This document shows positions 39,701-53,349 of a stretch of DNA of 64,000 nt, piece by piece (the stretch's first letter is position 1; each line of letters opens with the position of its first letter). A program made the translations under genes and the position numbers. Source of the stretch: the human T2T-CHM13v2.0 reference genome, Homo sapiens. Where the stretch lies: the NCBI RefSeq assembly GCF_009914755.1, contig NC_060942.1. The stretch is one strand, 5' to 3'. Under the pieces are notes generated by a model. It ran no database searches. It had not been told where the DNA came from and saw only the letters and a list, made by a program, of their open reading frames with translations.

Positions 39701-40562
39701 TGCAGCTTCTTTGTATTTCGAAGGGTCGGTTGATGACCTTTAACTTGCCCACAACTTGATTTAAAATTTTAAAAATCACACAGAGAAAACATTTACAAGC
39801 CCACAAATAATGATCTGATTGGTATTTATAGATTCCTTTCTCATTCTCCTAACTGTATTTTTTGGTTCTGGCTGCTAGTCACAGAAGTAGGAAAATTTAT
39901 TAAAGTCAAATTTATGCAGAGGCTGAGTCTACACTAACAGTGTACCTCGATTACTTATTGACCACATATTATGTACAATGTGGCTACATAAAATTTCTTC
40001 TTATGAAATTGTGATGCTGTTAATCCACTGTCACTAAGACATGTCACTTCGATCATAGTACACATTATTTCCTTTTATTTATATAAAGTTGTGAGTGGAC
40101 AACCACACTGCATGCATAGCAAGTAACAGGGTATTCAACAAAGCATCCAGCAAAGGTGATGATGTATGTATTGACTATTCCTTCTGCCTCGGGGTAATTA
40201 GGTGCAAATAATAGTTTACTTTCATGTCTAGATAGTTCTATTTCTTCTTCCACACTTTTAGTTTCTCAGAATGTGAAGTCTGCATTCATATAATCTATGT
40301 TCCCGACAAGCCGTATCTTTCAATCACTGCATGCAAAGACATAAACATGTCTCGCGTGCTTTGGAAGGCCTTGTATCTCCCTCTTACACACATGGGAAAT
40401 CTTCCTCTGCACTTGTTAAATGCCAGTAGAGGGGGATAGAAATGCTTTGTTTTATAAATATTAGTATTGTGACACATTAGCTCTAGGTACTCAGGATAGT
40501 GAGAGAACAATTCATGTGGATTGTCTGTGTGAAAATCTTATTGAGAACGGTTATCTTTGTTT

Positions 40563-41131
40563 TGAGAACCAAGAAATCTCAGCATATAACCATGGGGTCT
40601 AAACCTTTGTGCTAAGAGATAACCAAGCTAGTTTGGCTTCTAGCAGCAGAAAGCCACATCCCTAGGATGAACCCATCCCTGCTTAAAATGCCTCCCTGAG
40701 AAAGCTCAAGGCTGCTAGGACAATTTACTGTTCCAGCCACACCCCATATGAGCCCTGACCTCCCTTTCTTAGAGGGCTTATGGAAAGGGCTTACAACAAG
40801 CCCATTCCCAAGGACCAGAGAACCACTCCCTGGCAACGGGGGAAACGGGGCCCCCAGGAAGGACGGGGTCTCCGTGGGAAGATGGATCCTGAGAGGCGAC
40901 TGCCCGCCAGGGGGCACAGCTGGTTTGGTGGCCTGGACACTGACCACCCTTTGGACTTTTTCCACGTTTCCTCGCTCTCCCCTCTCCTCTCCCTCATTCT
41001 CTCTTTAAAACCTCCAAATCACCTCTGCACAAATGAAAATACAGCCGGCCCCTTCCCCTACTGTGAATAGTTACTGAATAAAATGTGTTTTTACTGCTTT
41101 AACTGATGTCCAGCTGTGTTCATCTTTGACA
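40563..41131 (+). mobile_element. ERV1 solo LTR (MER90-like)
   Basis: TGAGAACC...ccatggggtcta...gaaagctcaaggctgc...AATAAA ~41077...TTTGACA. Near-TSD GTTT/GTCT. Confidence 0.7.
40901..40919 (+). promoter_or_regulatory. candidate CTCF binding site
   Basis: TGCCCGCCAGGGGGCACAG closely matches the CTCF core consensus (CCRSYAGRKGGCRS). Motif only; binding is not shown. Confidence 0.55.
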
Positions 41132-42504
41132 GTCTGCATACCTATTTGGCCTAGCATTTTCCTTTGGTACAAAGTTAATATTTTTGCTAATCACGTTCTA
41201 CGGTTGGAATTATAAGAAACCTGAATTTCACCTCCTCAGCCTTAGGATAATTCTCACAAATATGCAAAATGATCAGACTCTTGGCCTCTAACTGTATAAT
41301 TCCTTCTTCAAAGTCTCCCAGTTACTTCTGGGGACCCTGAGCAAGCACACCCGATTCTGAAGAACAAGGCTCTGAGCTCTTCCCCAGTGTCTGCTCATGG
41401 AGGCCACAGAGGATGAGCCCAGAAACACAGCTTCCAGTGCCTCCTGGGCCCCTAGCACTCCCCCAATCGCACAACCATCTGGGTGCTCCTTGTGGATCTC
41501 AGGGCAATACTCTTTCCCCAGTGAGGGGGCTTCCTTTTCCATGCAGAGCCAAAGTCACACGTCTCTCAAAGTCCCTCGTGATGACAACCACTGGGTATCT
41601 GGGGCAGCCCCTCTTTCCCGGGTCAGCCTTTGAGTCTCCTGGAGGCACCAGCAGACAAGGTGGTCACATTAGTCTCATAAAGACTTACCAATTTGTTAAT
41701 TTTTCTTGAAATATATAGGTTTGTTTCCTCAGTTCTGTTTATTTCTTGTTATTCATTTTGGCTATTGTTTTCTTTTAACCTCATTTATTTTTCATTGCTT
41801 TTATTATTTAATGCAAATAGTTGGGATAAAATCTATTTTTTAAGTACTGTTTTGGTGGCAAGTCTTTAGTGTTGATATGTGATATTTATATTTTCACAAT
41901 ATTTAACTACTCTGTGGCTGTATTTCTGATCTCTTACAGGACCAGACATTATTTGAGTTTTTTTTAATTCTATGGAATTAAGTACCCTTAAATTTCATCA
42001 TTATTCATTTCTAATTCTACTTTACACAATGAGCCTCGCCCTCTGTGAACATTTCAATCCATCTTCCTTCTCAGATGTTTCACCTGCTCAAATCTCCATG
42101 GTCTCTGTGGTCTCTGTCTTTGGCCTCAGGGGTGGCTTAGCAAAAGTTGGAGGTCTTGGGTGTTGGAAACATTCGCCCAGCAGGTGGTGGGAAGAAGAGC
42201 CCACCTGGGTGGGCTTCGATTCATCAATTCCATTTCCCCGCCACTGTCTTCCTTAGAAACAAGACAAGAAGTTACTCTCATTTCAATATTTCAGACTTTT
42301 CCATCTTTCTCTTTCTGATGATTTCACGTGTTTGTCCTGCCTGTTCTATTTTCCTTGATGATTATGTTCTTGGAGGTCGCTGTTTGCAGACTGCTCTGTA
42401 ATAGACCTTGTTGAAATGTGCCTGTTTCATGGTTGTTTTTAGTCCAATGTCCATTGTTCTCCTTTCTCCTGGTTAGCTTTTCATCCTTTCCATTTATGCC
42501 AATT

Positions 42505-42720
42505 GTAATGAGCAGCTATTATGTGCTAGGCACATTTTAGGCATTGGTAATATAGCGGCAAGCAAAGCAAACTTTCTTCTATCATGGAGTTGGCCTTTAA
42601 GTGGGGAATACAGGGAATAAACACGGTATGTTGGCAAGTGACAAGTGCTACAGAGAATGAAGCAGGGCTGGAGAGAGCACATGGGCGGTGGGAGACATCA
42701 ATACAGGGCTGCCAGAGGAT
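42505..42720 (-). mobile_element. L2 3' end
   Basis: gagcagctattatgtgctaggcacattttaggcattgg...tcatggagttg...gacaagtgcta. Confidence 0.75.
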
Positions 42721-43625
42721 GCCTCTCAGGACACATCTGAAAGAATTAGAGGTTTCCACAACTGCTGGTCTGAGTCTCCTCTGGAATCTGTGTTTGTCAA
42801 CGGAATCCCTATCTTTTCCAGGCCCTTTTGTTTCTCTTCCACGGCAGCATGTGTCCTATCTGTGAGGCACTTGCAAGAGCTTCCGTGTTGCCCATGCCTT
42901 CCTCTGCATCTCCTCTACTCTCCACAGCTTCCTGCAGCGTCTTCATCCTCTCTCTGGGATTTACAAGCACGGCGCATATTTTCAATAGCACCACATCTAA
43001 ACATTGGCAGGTAGTGTATCCTTCCAGTAAGTTAGTATTTCTTTTCCAACAAACAGTTGGAATCAGCTCTTCAGGCATATCTCATTTAAGGCAGTGCTGC
43101 AAAGGAAACCACTGAGTTCCTCTACCCTGGATCTTGCCCTTCACAGTTAGAATAAGTGGCTTCACTGCATTGCTTTCATTCCACTTCCTCATACCCTTGC
43201 TCTTCCCCTCCTTCCCTAGACAATGCAGTTAGAAATCCATCAAGAAGGGCAAAGCCATCATACAGGCCCATAGGGAGAGGGGAAGGGGGAAGAGGGGAGC
43301 GCTGGAGGATCTGAGTGGGGTGTTGGTGCCTGAGCGGGGTGGGGGCACATGATGTCAGAGTTGCAGTGGGTGGGATGGACTTCTACCCCGGCGGGTGGGA
43401 AGCACAGCCCATAAGGTTGGAGCAGTGCAAGGAGAGGGCTTCCATGCAGAGGAGGGGATGGTGATGGAAGGATGGTTACACCTAGGACAAGTATGCAAAT
43501 AAATGAAGATATTAAAGATAATTATCATTATCACAAATAGTGAAAGGAAGGAAATTAGTATGAACCCTATGGTGCTGGATTACAATTGGAGGCATCTATG
43601 TGGATTGAGGTAGGTAGGTAAATTT

Positions 43626-43641
43626 TAGATAGATAGATAGG

Positions 43642-43685
<44 letters not shown>
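43626..43685. repeat. tetranucleotide STR (TAGA)3 TAGG (TAGA)11
   Basis: Counted directly. Confidence 0.97.
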
Positions 43686-43726
43686 ATGAGTGGAGAGCTA
43701 GTTCTGGGAATGAGTACAGTATAAAT

Positions 43727-43734
43727 GTGTATGT

Positions 43735-43770
<36 letters not shown>

Positions 43771-43780
43771 TGTGTTGTGT
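43727..43780. repeat. (TG)n microsatellite
   Basis: Direct observation. Confidence 0.92.
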
Positions 43781-46643
43781 TTACATGCACGTATACCCTA
43801 CCTCTGACCACTAAGACGGCCTGGGATCGGTGCTACCCCAATAGCAATGAGCACATCTGGTGCCCAGATCTTGGTTTCTAAGTATGCCATTCCTCAATAA
43901 AGGGCATCTGTACTGAATACAGAAATGGTTCCTTCTAGAGATGGAGTGGGAAAAGTACAAGATACTCCTGAAACATCCTGTTATTCCAGAAAGAATGTGC
44001 TCAAGGGATGAGGATGGAGGGTATCAGAAAGACACAGAAGTGAGATTGGGAGCGCTCCCTCTCACCAAACCTGGGACTATATGAGCCTCAAAATAAATAA
44101 CAATAATGAGTGACAACTTGATGAATAAAACTGGACACGATTGTGCAAGATTCATCAAATAAAATAAAGGCATAAGTTGAAGTTTGATGAGGAAGGATTT
44201 ATTTAAATAATTTAACAAATCTTTTCCTCGAAATGCCTATTAACCCAAAGGAGAGAAGAGTAGCTTTCCAGGGGAGAAGGCTGGCAGCACCCTCATCAGG
44301 TGGCCGGGTGACCTCCATCAGCAGTGGGTCCAGTGGACGCTGTGTGCTGTGTGACAGGAAGCAGAGAGAAGAGAAGAACACAAGGCAACGGCAGGGGTGC
44401 TCCTGCCAAAGACAGACAGCCTGCGTCCCACCAGAGGAAACCACAGACCACACTGAGGAGCCTTTGACAAAGCAACTGGCCCGTAATCCTGAAATGCATC
44501 AAGGCCATAATAAGCAAAGACAGATTGAAGAAATGTTCCAGTTTGAAGTAGACTGAATACACATGATGATTCATGTACCACGCAATTCTAAGCAGGGTCG
44601 TTTTCCCATACAGGGTATTACTGGGACAACTGGTAAAACCTGGGGTGGTTAGGGTATAAGGATGTGAATTTCCTGATTTTAAGGACTATCCAGGAAATAC
44701 ACCCCGAAGTGTTCAGGAGTGAAAAGGCATCATGTTGGCTGCTGACTCTCAAATAGTTTAGAAAAAAGATCTTTGCAATGTATTTCCAACTTCTTTGTAA
44801 GTTCAGATTGTTTCAAAAATATTTAGAAATTAAAGTAAAAAATAAAAAACAACAATAAATTTTATGACTTTTCAAATGTTGCTGATTGTTTTTGAAGCAC
44901 ACTTTTTCTCTGGCTTTTATTATCTACCCCCTTTTCTCCACCATAATCCCAGAATTATCTGTGTGTCTCCTCCTATGGATTATTCTAAGTCATTCGATCC
45001 TCTTGAAAATTGAAGTGAAATTTCTTGTCAATCCAAACCCCTCAGCCCAATATCTCCTGAAGATTATTTTTTATCTGAGACAGAAAAAAGAAAGATTTGT
45101 GACTACCAAAAAGAGTTCCCTGTGCTCAACACAAAACATTCTGCAGATATTTTATATAACAGTTGCTGAAGTTACTTGAAAAAAATAATTAGAAACTGTC
45201 TTTTTCTTACTATACACATTCTACTGACCCTCTACTTCATCTGGAAAAAAAAAGACATATTGGAGATAATATTTCACTTGTCACTGTGGCTTAGTAGAAA
45301 TCCAGAGAGACATCACAAAAAGCCATCTGTCTTACTGACCATGCTGAAGATATTTATGATAGCAAGGCCATAGTGTCAAATTTTACTCCATTAATACTAA
45401 AATAAATAAGTTTATCTTATTGCTAGGCATCTGAAAATCCTCTGCAATAAAGTTCTAGGTACTTTAGGTGCATAAACAATTTAAAATAATAAAAAGTAAA
45501 GCAGAAAAGACAAGTATATTTACAACTTTTAATTTTATGTAGAAGTTGTATGGCATTATTCAGTATGTACTGTGCTTACTCATGCTAGTTGACAATTTTA
45601 GATATGCACATGGAATACATTTCATCCTTTCAGCATTCCAACTAGGTATATTACATATACACAGCTCACTGCCACATTAAAAAAAAGACTATTTAGAAAA
45701 GCACATAGCTGATGTAGCAAGATTCAGGCTGATGAGTTAACATTTGTAAATACCCCTTCTTCTCCGCTTGTGGCATGACCCTTGACAGAGTCAGGGCCAA
45801 CCTTTGTCATGGCCACAGAAAGTGATTGATTTTTTCCTCCCACAAGTTTAAGACACATATTTGGAAGAAGGGGAACTAAAATAAAATATTTTCTCAGTAT
45901 TGAACACAAAACAAACCAAAAAGGAAGAGGGACCATTCTGATGATAAATGACTCAAATTGTATGAACATTGCCAACCTTTTAAGAAAAATGGATTTATTC
46001 CATTTCCTATGATGCAGATTGTAAAAATAAAATATTCTGAATGTTAAAAAGTGGCTATCATCATCAGATCACCAGTTCTCCAAAATTATAATTTACTATG
46101 CTAAATTCATTTGGATAACAATTCATCTTTAGTTACGCAGGATGTTTTGAATACCTACGACTCTATGCCAGGAGCCATGCTAGGAAGTGGAGAAGCAAAG
46201 AGATATCAAGTAAACACTGTTCTAATGACCTCACAGTCCAGCAGCAGCAGCAAACAAGCCCAACAATCATGCAAAGACATGCTATAACTCCAGTAGGTCC
46301 AGTGAGGACATCAAGGAAGGAAACCGAGCCCCTGGAATAAGAAGGACCACATCTTGTAGGAGGTTATTAGCAAACTGGAAAGGCTAGGAAAGGCTACATC
46401 TTCCAGCACCTCATGGCCATGCCAAAGAGTTTTAACTTGGTAGGAAATGTGGCCACTTTAAGGATCTAAAACTATACACGAAGGCTCCTGGATGGGTTAA
46501 AACTTTAGCACACTGCCTTAAATTAGCCAAGAAGTAAACAATTTCTCAAGGGTCTACAGAGGTCCTGGAAATGTGATGCTAAGGTTGTGTTCTAAATCCA
46601 GCAATGGCCTGCTCTGCTTTGCTCCAAACCAGCTCCTTGTTCT

Positions 46644-46829
46644 TCTACAAGGAATGAAATGGCTGAGTGTACCACAGAAGACTGATCAGCATTGAACTTG
46701 AAGGATCTACAAGGAATGAAACGGCTGAGTGTACCACAGAAGACTGATCAGTATTGAATTTGAAGGATCTACAAGGAATGAAACGGCTGAGTGTACCACA
46801 GAAGACTAATCAGCATTCAACTTGATGGA
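46644..46829. repeat. 3 x 62-bp tandem repeat
   Basis: TCTACAAGGAATGAAA(T/C)GGCTGAGTGTACCACAGAAGACTGATCAGCATTGAACTTGAAGGA starts at 46644, 46706 and 46768, with few mismatches. Confidence 0.97.
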
Positions 46830-47269
46830 TTTGGTTCTTTTTGGTTCTTGCTGTCAAAGACACCCAGCAGGGAACCTGAAAAGAAAGTCAATCCCAAAAA
46901 TTTTGCCAGTTCAGATGAATTGAGGAAAATATATAACAACGTGAATGTTTTGAAGCCCTGAATTGCTATTTTTTTAATGGTCTCAGGTAAATAAATCAAT
47001 TGAAATCAGACTAGCAAAGGGTAACTCGACGGATAAACTAAGAAATTACAAAGCACACCCATAGAAAAATATTCTGGAGTTGGCCCTTGGCCCCACCTTT
47101 TTCGACTTTAGGCCAGATTTCTCCAAGGATACTCCATGCATGGCCCTAGATCCCCTGCCTACACTTCCCCCTCGAATCTGGCCTCTTCTCTCGTTGTTCT
47201 GAATCCACCCCAAGTTCACCTGTTCACATCCATGCCCACTGAATTTTCATCCTACTTAATTTCTCTGCT

Positions 47270-47785
47270 AGAGTAGCAGAGCTTGTATTTTCGCAAGATA
47301 GCCGTGGGAACATCTGCTGTGCGTGCTCTCTTCTTACAGCGCGGCCTTATGGCCTCATCAGAAGCACAGCAAGAGGTGCAGTCTCTGCACCCGCCTTGAA
47401 CAAGGAGGACTTTCATCAGGATCTCAATTGATAGCACAGCACAGCGACACCGTGACTTCCCAGGAGAGGCCTGCAAGCACAATGCAGCTCACTCGCTCTC
47501 GACTCTCTCTCCATCCCTCTCAGTATTTCTGTGCCTCTCTAGCTCTCCAGCCATCTCTCTCAGTTTCTCTCAACATCTCCCTTGATCTCTCTCGGTATCT
47601 CTCTCCTAATCTCTGAGTCTCCACCTGTCTCCCTCTCCTTCTATCTGTCTTTCTCTCACTCTCCCCGACCAGGGCACTTGCTCTTAGAACCAAGCCACCA
47701 TGCTGTGAGGAAGTCCAGACCCCACAGAGGAGCCGAAGTGGGATGACCCCAGCTAAGATCCCAGGTTTTAAACACCAGACATCTT
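47270..47785 (+). mobile_element. old MLT1 LTR interrupted by a CT-rich low-complexity tract (~47490-47665)
   Basis: gcacttgctcttagaaccaagccaccatgctgtgaggaagtccag is typical of MLT1F/G/H. Confidence 0.65.
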
Positions 47786-48139
47786 TCCTTGGGGAGTTCT
47801 CACTCTCACATGGAAACCAAGAAAGAGAAATACATCCCTGCATGGTGACCAGCAGGCAGGGTGAGCACAGAGAGCTAGGGGAACCTAGAGGAGACATGGT
47901 GGTGCGGGCAGAGTGAAGGAAGCTTCCAAAAGGAAATGAGAGAAGCTTCCAGTGAAAACCATGTCACTCCAGGGAAAAGTGTGTCCACAGTGAGGCCTGA
48001 AAGATAAGAAGTTGTGGCCAAGTAAAGGGGTGGAGGATGGCGGGGAAAAGGGAAGCAGGAAGAAGTGTACATTTAGGGACCTTCACAGTGGGACCCACCA
48101 TCCTTTCCGGCATCGTTCCTTCCTTATTCTCTCCCTTCT

Positions 48140-48310
48140 TACACGGGGAGCTGTGTGCAGTCACAGCATTGCACTCCGCTAATTCTTATCCATGTGGTTT
48201 TGGCCAATGCACTGAACCCCTCCCAGCCTCAGTTTTCATATCTATAAAATAGGGATGATAGTAGAAACCACCTCAAAGATTTTCTGCTTCTGTAGGAGTA
48301 AAATAATGAC
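48140..48310 (+). mobile_element. MIR SINE
   Basis: agcctcagttttcatatctataaaatagggatgatagtagaaaccacctc. Confidence 0.75.
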
Positions 48311-49649
48311 GAGCGCTGGGTTTTGTTTTAGCATTTTGTGTGCCACTATGTATGCGATGCCTGTCAGAATAAATTCTAGTTCTAGCATTTTATAGGAAAT
48401 ACTTTGTCTCCCTTGAATTTTAATATTCCCCATATCTAAGAAGATGATTATAAAACCTAATCTGTCCCTTTTGATGTTGGCTACTGGGAGATTGAATTAA
48501 ATGGGATATTCTGTCATGGTAACGAGGTATAGCATATTAACACCTATAGTATTTAGCTTTTCCTATTTTCCATTTCATCTTAATTTTCTATTTTAATGGG
48601 TTATCGAAATACCACTTTATACCCAATTCCCTCAAATCCTTTTATAGAGGTAAACACAGTATGAATATAAATAAACAAAATCCAGTGAGAGAAAATAACA
48701 TTGTGATCTAAAAACACACGGTATGTATTTGGATTGCCTACCTGAAATAATGCAAAACAAATTGACTCTTCTATTTTAAAAGTAATGCTCTAGACATCCC
48801 AGACAAACGCTCTTCCCCAGACTGTGACCCACACTCAGTGGTGTCTCCTGCTACCTGCAGGCTCCTCCTCCTCAGTCCCTTAGAGAAGCTCCTCTTCTGC
48901 CTGTAGAAGCTGGCAGGCTTCCCTTATCCCTCTCCTCTGTCTACACTCCCTGCTTGGTGACATCATCCTGCTTCATAGCTTTAAATACCATTTACACAAT
49001 TAGGATTCTCAAATCTGAGTCACCCAGCTCCTTCCCTTAATTCCAGATTTACATATCCATCTCCATCCTGAACATTTCCACTTGAGGAGATAACAATTAA
49101 TTAAACTCTGTAAGGATAAAATTGAACTACTGACCCCTTTACCAACACCACCAACCCCAACCAGACCTGCTCCTCCACAAGCTGACCATGTCTTATTAAC
49201 TCCAGTCTGACCACCTCCTCCAAGCTGCCATCACGTCTTTCCTGGGCAGCTGCAATGGCCTGTTCTCCACGTGCAGCCACAGTCATCTTGTTAAAATTTA
49301 ATTTAGTTCCTAGCATCCTCTGGTTAGTGATTCCCTCCCAAATAAAGTAACACCTAAACCTCCAATGGCTTCCTCCACAAATAGAGTAAAAGCCAAACCT
49401 CTTGCTGGAATTTGCAAGGCCCTGCATAGTAAAACACCTCCAAGCCTCTACACTCATCCTTTACCCGCCTCTCCTCCTTACTACTCATCCTCCCACCAGC
49501 TTTTCCGTCTCGCTCTCTGTCTCCCTCTGCTGGGCTCCTTTCTCTCCGTCTGGACATTTGGTTGGAATATTCTCTCATCACTTTGTTCTCACCTCAAATA
49601 TCACCCACTGGGAGAGGCCCCTCCCTGACCACCCTAAACCTTCCCGGAT

Positions 49650-50115
49650 TACTGTCTAAGCTATGACTCGGCCTCTCCAGCAGCCCAGCACCCACATCTA
49701 CCATGAGAGCTAAAGACGCAGGGAAGCAGGTGCTCTCTCTCCCATCCCCCGGGGCACTAGAACATGGAGCAAGACTTAATGATCCAAGCACACAGAGGCT
49801 CTGCTGCCCCCGGGACTCCCACTCACAGGAGCTGCCCTCAGATGGAGGGTCTGAAGCTGCCGCAGGTTGCACAGAGTTGAGGGTTGAGTGGTGAATAGTT
49901 TCCAGCCTTGGCAGTGTGGTGGGGGCAGGGCACCTGCAGGGGCATCCTGCACTAGTTGTTGCTAGAACAGTATCCTGGCTGCCCCGGCTTCCTTTGATGC
50001 TGATCAAGTCTTCTAGCTGATTCCGTCAGCCCCCTCATAGGACTCCAAATGTCCTTGTCTAATAGCCGAAGTTCTGATATACATTGTTCGCTACCAAGGA
50101 CTCTGACTGGTTCGT
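49650..50115 (+). mobile_element. LTR33-like ERVL LTR
   Basis: GC-richer block interrupting the L2 and ending ...gctaccaaggactctgactggtt, which resembles the LTR16/LTR33 3' end. Confidence 0.5.
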
Positions 50116-50161
50116 ACTTATCACCACCTGAAATGATCTAATTCACATTGATTCTCTCCTT

Positions 50162-50663
50162 TCTTATTAGCAAAAGTTCTAGTTTTGTTTAACTTGACAA
50201 ACTACTCACAATACTCACCCTCACCGACACAGTTCTAGCCAGTGAAGCAGATGTGAAGTTTTGCTAAGTATTTCAGATTTTTTTTCATGAAATAGACACT
50301 GCTTCTTTCTTCTTCCTCCTCCTCTTTTTCCCCATTCTACTCCTTTTTTCCTTTCCTCCTACTCCTGTTCATCTTTGTCTTTGCATTCATCTTTATTTTC
50401 TTATTTTCCTGCCCAAAATGTGGGTGTGAGGTTGGAGTGCCTCTATCTCGTGCCCATGAGAGGAAAATTATCATTAATTCAACAGACATTATTGAGAGCC
50501 TACAATGTTCTCAGCATCTCAGGGCACAAAAAGACAAAGCTAGAACTCACATTCTCCTGGGACATGGGTAGCAATAAGCAAATATACTAGGTAAATGATA
50601 CAGTATGCTAGATCCTGATAAATACTGCAGGGGCAAGGGAACAGGAAAAAAAGACTGGCTGCT
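50162..50663 (+). repeat. inserted copy of 29672-30177
   Basis: About 96% identical to the upstream copy. The ORF track shows the same MSLHSSLFSYFPAQNVGVRLE peptide at 29885 and 50375. Confidence 0.97.
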
Positions 50664-51608
50664 TACATGTTTACTATCTCTCTCCCACTGTAAAAGATAA
50701 ACTTCTTGGGGGCAGAAAATGAGCCTTACTAACACTGAGTCACAGTAAATAATAGGTTCTCAATAAACAGTTGTTGATCGACAGGTTGAAATGAGTCTAA
50801 GTCTCCCATAAACAGAAATATCTTGTATTTTATGTGCTCCCTCACAGCCCCTAAGAGACTCATGTAGAACTTTTAAAAAGATACCAATTTATATTAAAAT
50901 TCTGTAGAAAGCAAGATAAAAAAGTTTTGAAAGGATTTTGAAAGGAAACTGATGCCAAGATCTAAATCTATATATCTCTGATTCATCCGTTTGAATTCAG
51001 GCCAGAAGCATCTAAAATGAACTAAATCTGGCAGCAGTAAGTTATCTAACATTTTATAAGAACAAACCCCTCCACGGTTGTGTTTCTGGGTTATGCCCTG
51101 AGAGGCCTCAGGTCAAGTCCCTGCTTGCAGTTGTCCATTCTTGGAGCAAACATCAAACTCCATCAGAACCGGGCTTCCTCCCAGGTGTCCTCGTTCCCCA
51201 CTGCCATTGCACAGCCAGTGGCCTTTCCTTCTTTCCCAGTGAGAAGATCAGGATTAGGATTGAGGGTGTGCTCCAAGCTGTTCCATGATTGCAGGGCACT
51301 GAGCACATTGGAACCAGGAGCCCCTTCCTCTGGCTTTTCCAGTATTTTCCATATTCTGCTCACCCAGACGGCTGGCAGGTTTGCAACCGCACCCTTTCCT
51401 AATGATGCTTCAGTCAGGTGAAATAAAACACACGGCCTCCAGTAGACCAATTGGAAATGAGAATAATAGAGATCAACTAAACTGTATCTAAACTCAAGGC
51501 TATCCAACTTCTTCCAATATCTGGTTCTTTTACCAGAATTACAAAGAACCAATCAGCCTAGCACAAACCCAGACACACATGGTCAGTGCTTAATAAAAAG
51601 CTACTTGA

Positions 51609-51938
<330 letters not shown>

Positions 51939-52232
51939 CTAGCCCTGCCTTGGGGCAGCCTAATGACAGTGGTTCATAAGACTGCTTTAAGTCACATACA
52001 ATAAATGTAAATGTGGAATATAGTAAGTGCTTTGAGGGAATATGGCAAATGCTGAGCCCTTTCCCCTGAGAAGTGCACATCTGAAAACATCTATGAGTAT
52101 TTCACACAACATATATACCTTCATGGTACATCTGAATCTCTAGAAGTCCTTAGACCGATTTTAAGAACCTCTGCCCAGACGTCACACACATTGAGAGACT
52201 CTGTAGAAGGAGGCAGTAGAGGAGGTGGTGGG

Positions 52233-52689
52233 TATGCAGCAGGGCCGCTGTGCACTGGGGATCACTCCGTCTGAGTCCAGTGAGACAGAACACCCAGGCA
52301 CAGGCTACATGAAGCAGATTTCTTACTTCTGGATAGACAGGGAGGAAAACCTAAGCCCAGGACTCGTTGCCAGCCAGTCCCCCCATCTCCAGAAAGCCGC
52401 TGGGTGGATGGACTTGCATTTGCACATGGCCTACTTGCACTGAAGGTGACGGACCCCAAAGAGCAGCCCACCACGGGCTTCCTATCCCAGGGTCGTGTTG
52501 CTCACTGGCGAAAGTGTTCACAGGCACCCTCTCTCTAGAGGGTACTGGGACAGAGCCCTGGCTGTTCTGCCAGTCCCTTCCTACCTCTGAAGGTTGCATA
52601 CCCGCCACATTCTATATTTATTCTTGAGAACAAGTGAGAAAGCAGGGAGAACTGAGTCAGCCCAAGGCTACCCAGAGAACTGTCCAGCA
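52233..52689 (-). mobile_element. MER74-type ERVL solo LTR
   Basis: Reverse complement starts TGCTGGACAGTTCTCTGGGTAGCCTTGG...TTCTCAAGAATAAATATAGAATGTG; the other end reads ctgtgcactgg...tctgagtccagtgagacagaacac. Confidence 0.8.
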
Positions 52690-53349
52690 GCAGGGAACAA
52701 AAATGCAGTCCACAATCTGGAAAATCAAGTAGCAAGAATCTGAGCAGCCCAGAGGTCAGGAAGCACCGTGTCCTTGATCTTCCCATCCCATCCAGTGACC
52801 CGGGAGGGATCAACTCACCTGTCTGCACTTCCTTTTATGTTCATCTGTAAAACAAGGACAGTTGCAATGGATGATTCTAAGATCCCCTCCAGATCCCAAA
52901 TCCAATGATACTGTATATTCCTCCTTAAAACTTCACCCCCTGTCAAGCCATCATCAAACTGACAAAGTTCTCTAGGAACCAAAAAAAAAAAAAAAAAGTC
53001 ACTAAAGTCTCTTACCCTTTTAGGAAAAAAAAAATAACATTTCCAAAAATAAAGTGTTCCCTTAAATAGTCATCTGGCTGTCTCGGCACATAGCTGGGAT
53101 TGTCACTTGAGAATAAATGTAAGAGTCAATCAAGAAACTTCGCAAATAATCCACGTTCTTGCCTCCCACCACCTCTATAAAGCACTCATTATGAAGGCGA
53201 ACACCATTGTTGCTGCGGTCTGTCTTCTTATGTGGGAGAGATAATTGCAGAGCCACCAATTGTGCTAGTTTGAATTAAGTGGTGTCAGCAACATAACAAC
53301 AAATTCTGCCCTTAAAGGGTTCCAACTTGTCTTAGAAAGGACACTTAAG

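Larger units (their letters stand above)
43260..44860 (+). mobile_element. L1MC-type (L1MC4-like) 3' UTR
   Basis: ctctgaccactaagacggcc...caatagcaatgagcacatctggtgcccagatcttggtttcta...aggcatcatgttggctgctgactctcaaatag...A-rich tail. Confidence 0.8.
48930..50780 (+). mobile_element. L2 LINE 3' portion, interrupted by an LTR (~49650-50115) and the duplicated segment (50162-50663)
   Basis: catagctttaaataccattta..., ctccaatggcttcc...agagtaaaagccaaa..., cttatcaccacctgaaatgatc | tacatgtttactatctctctcccac...taggttctcaataaacagttgttga. Confidence 0.8.
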
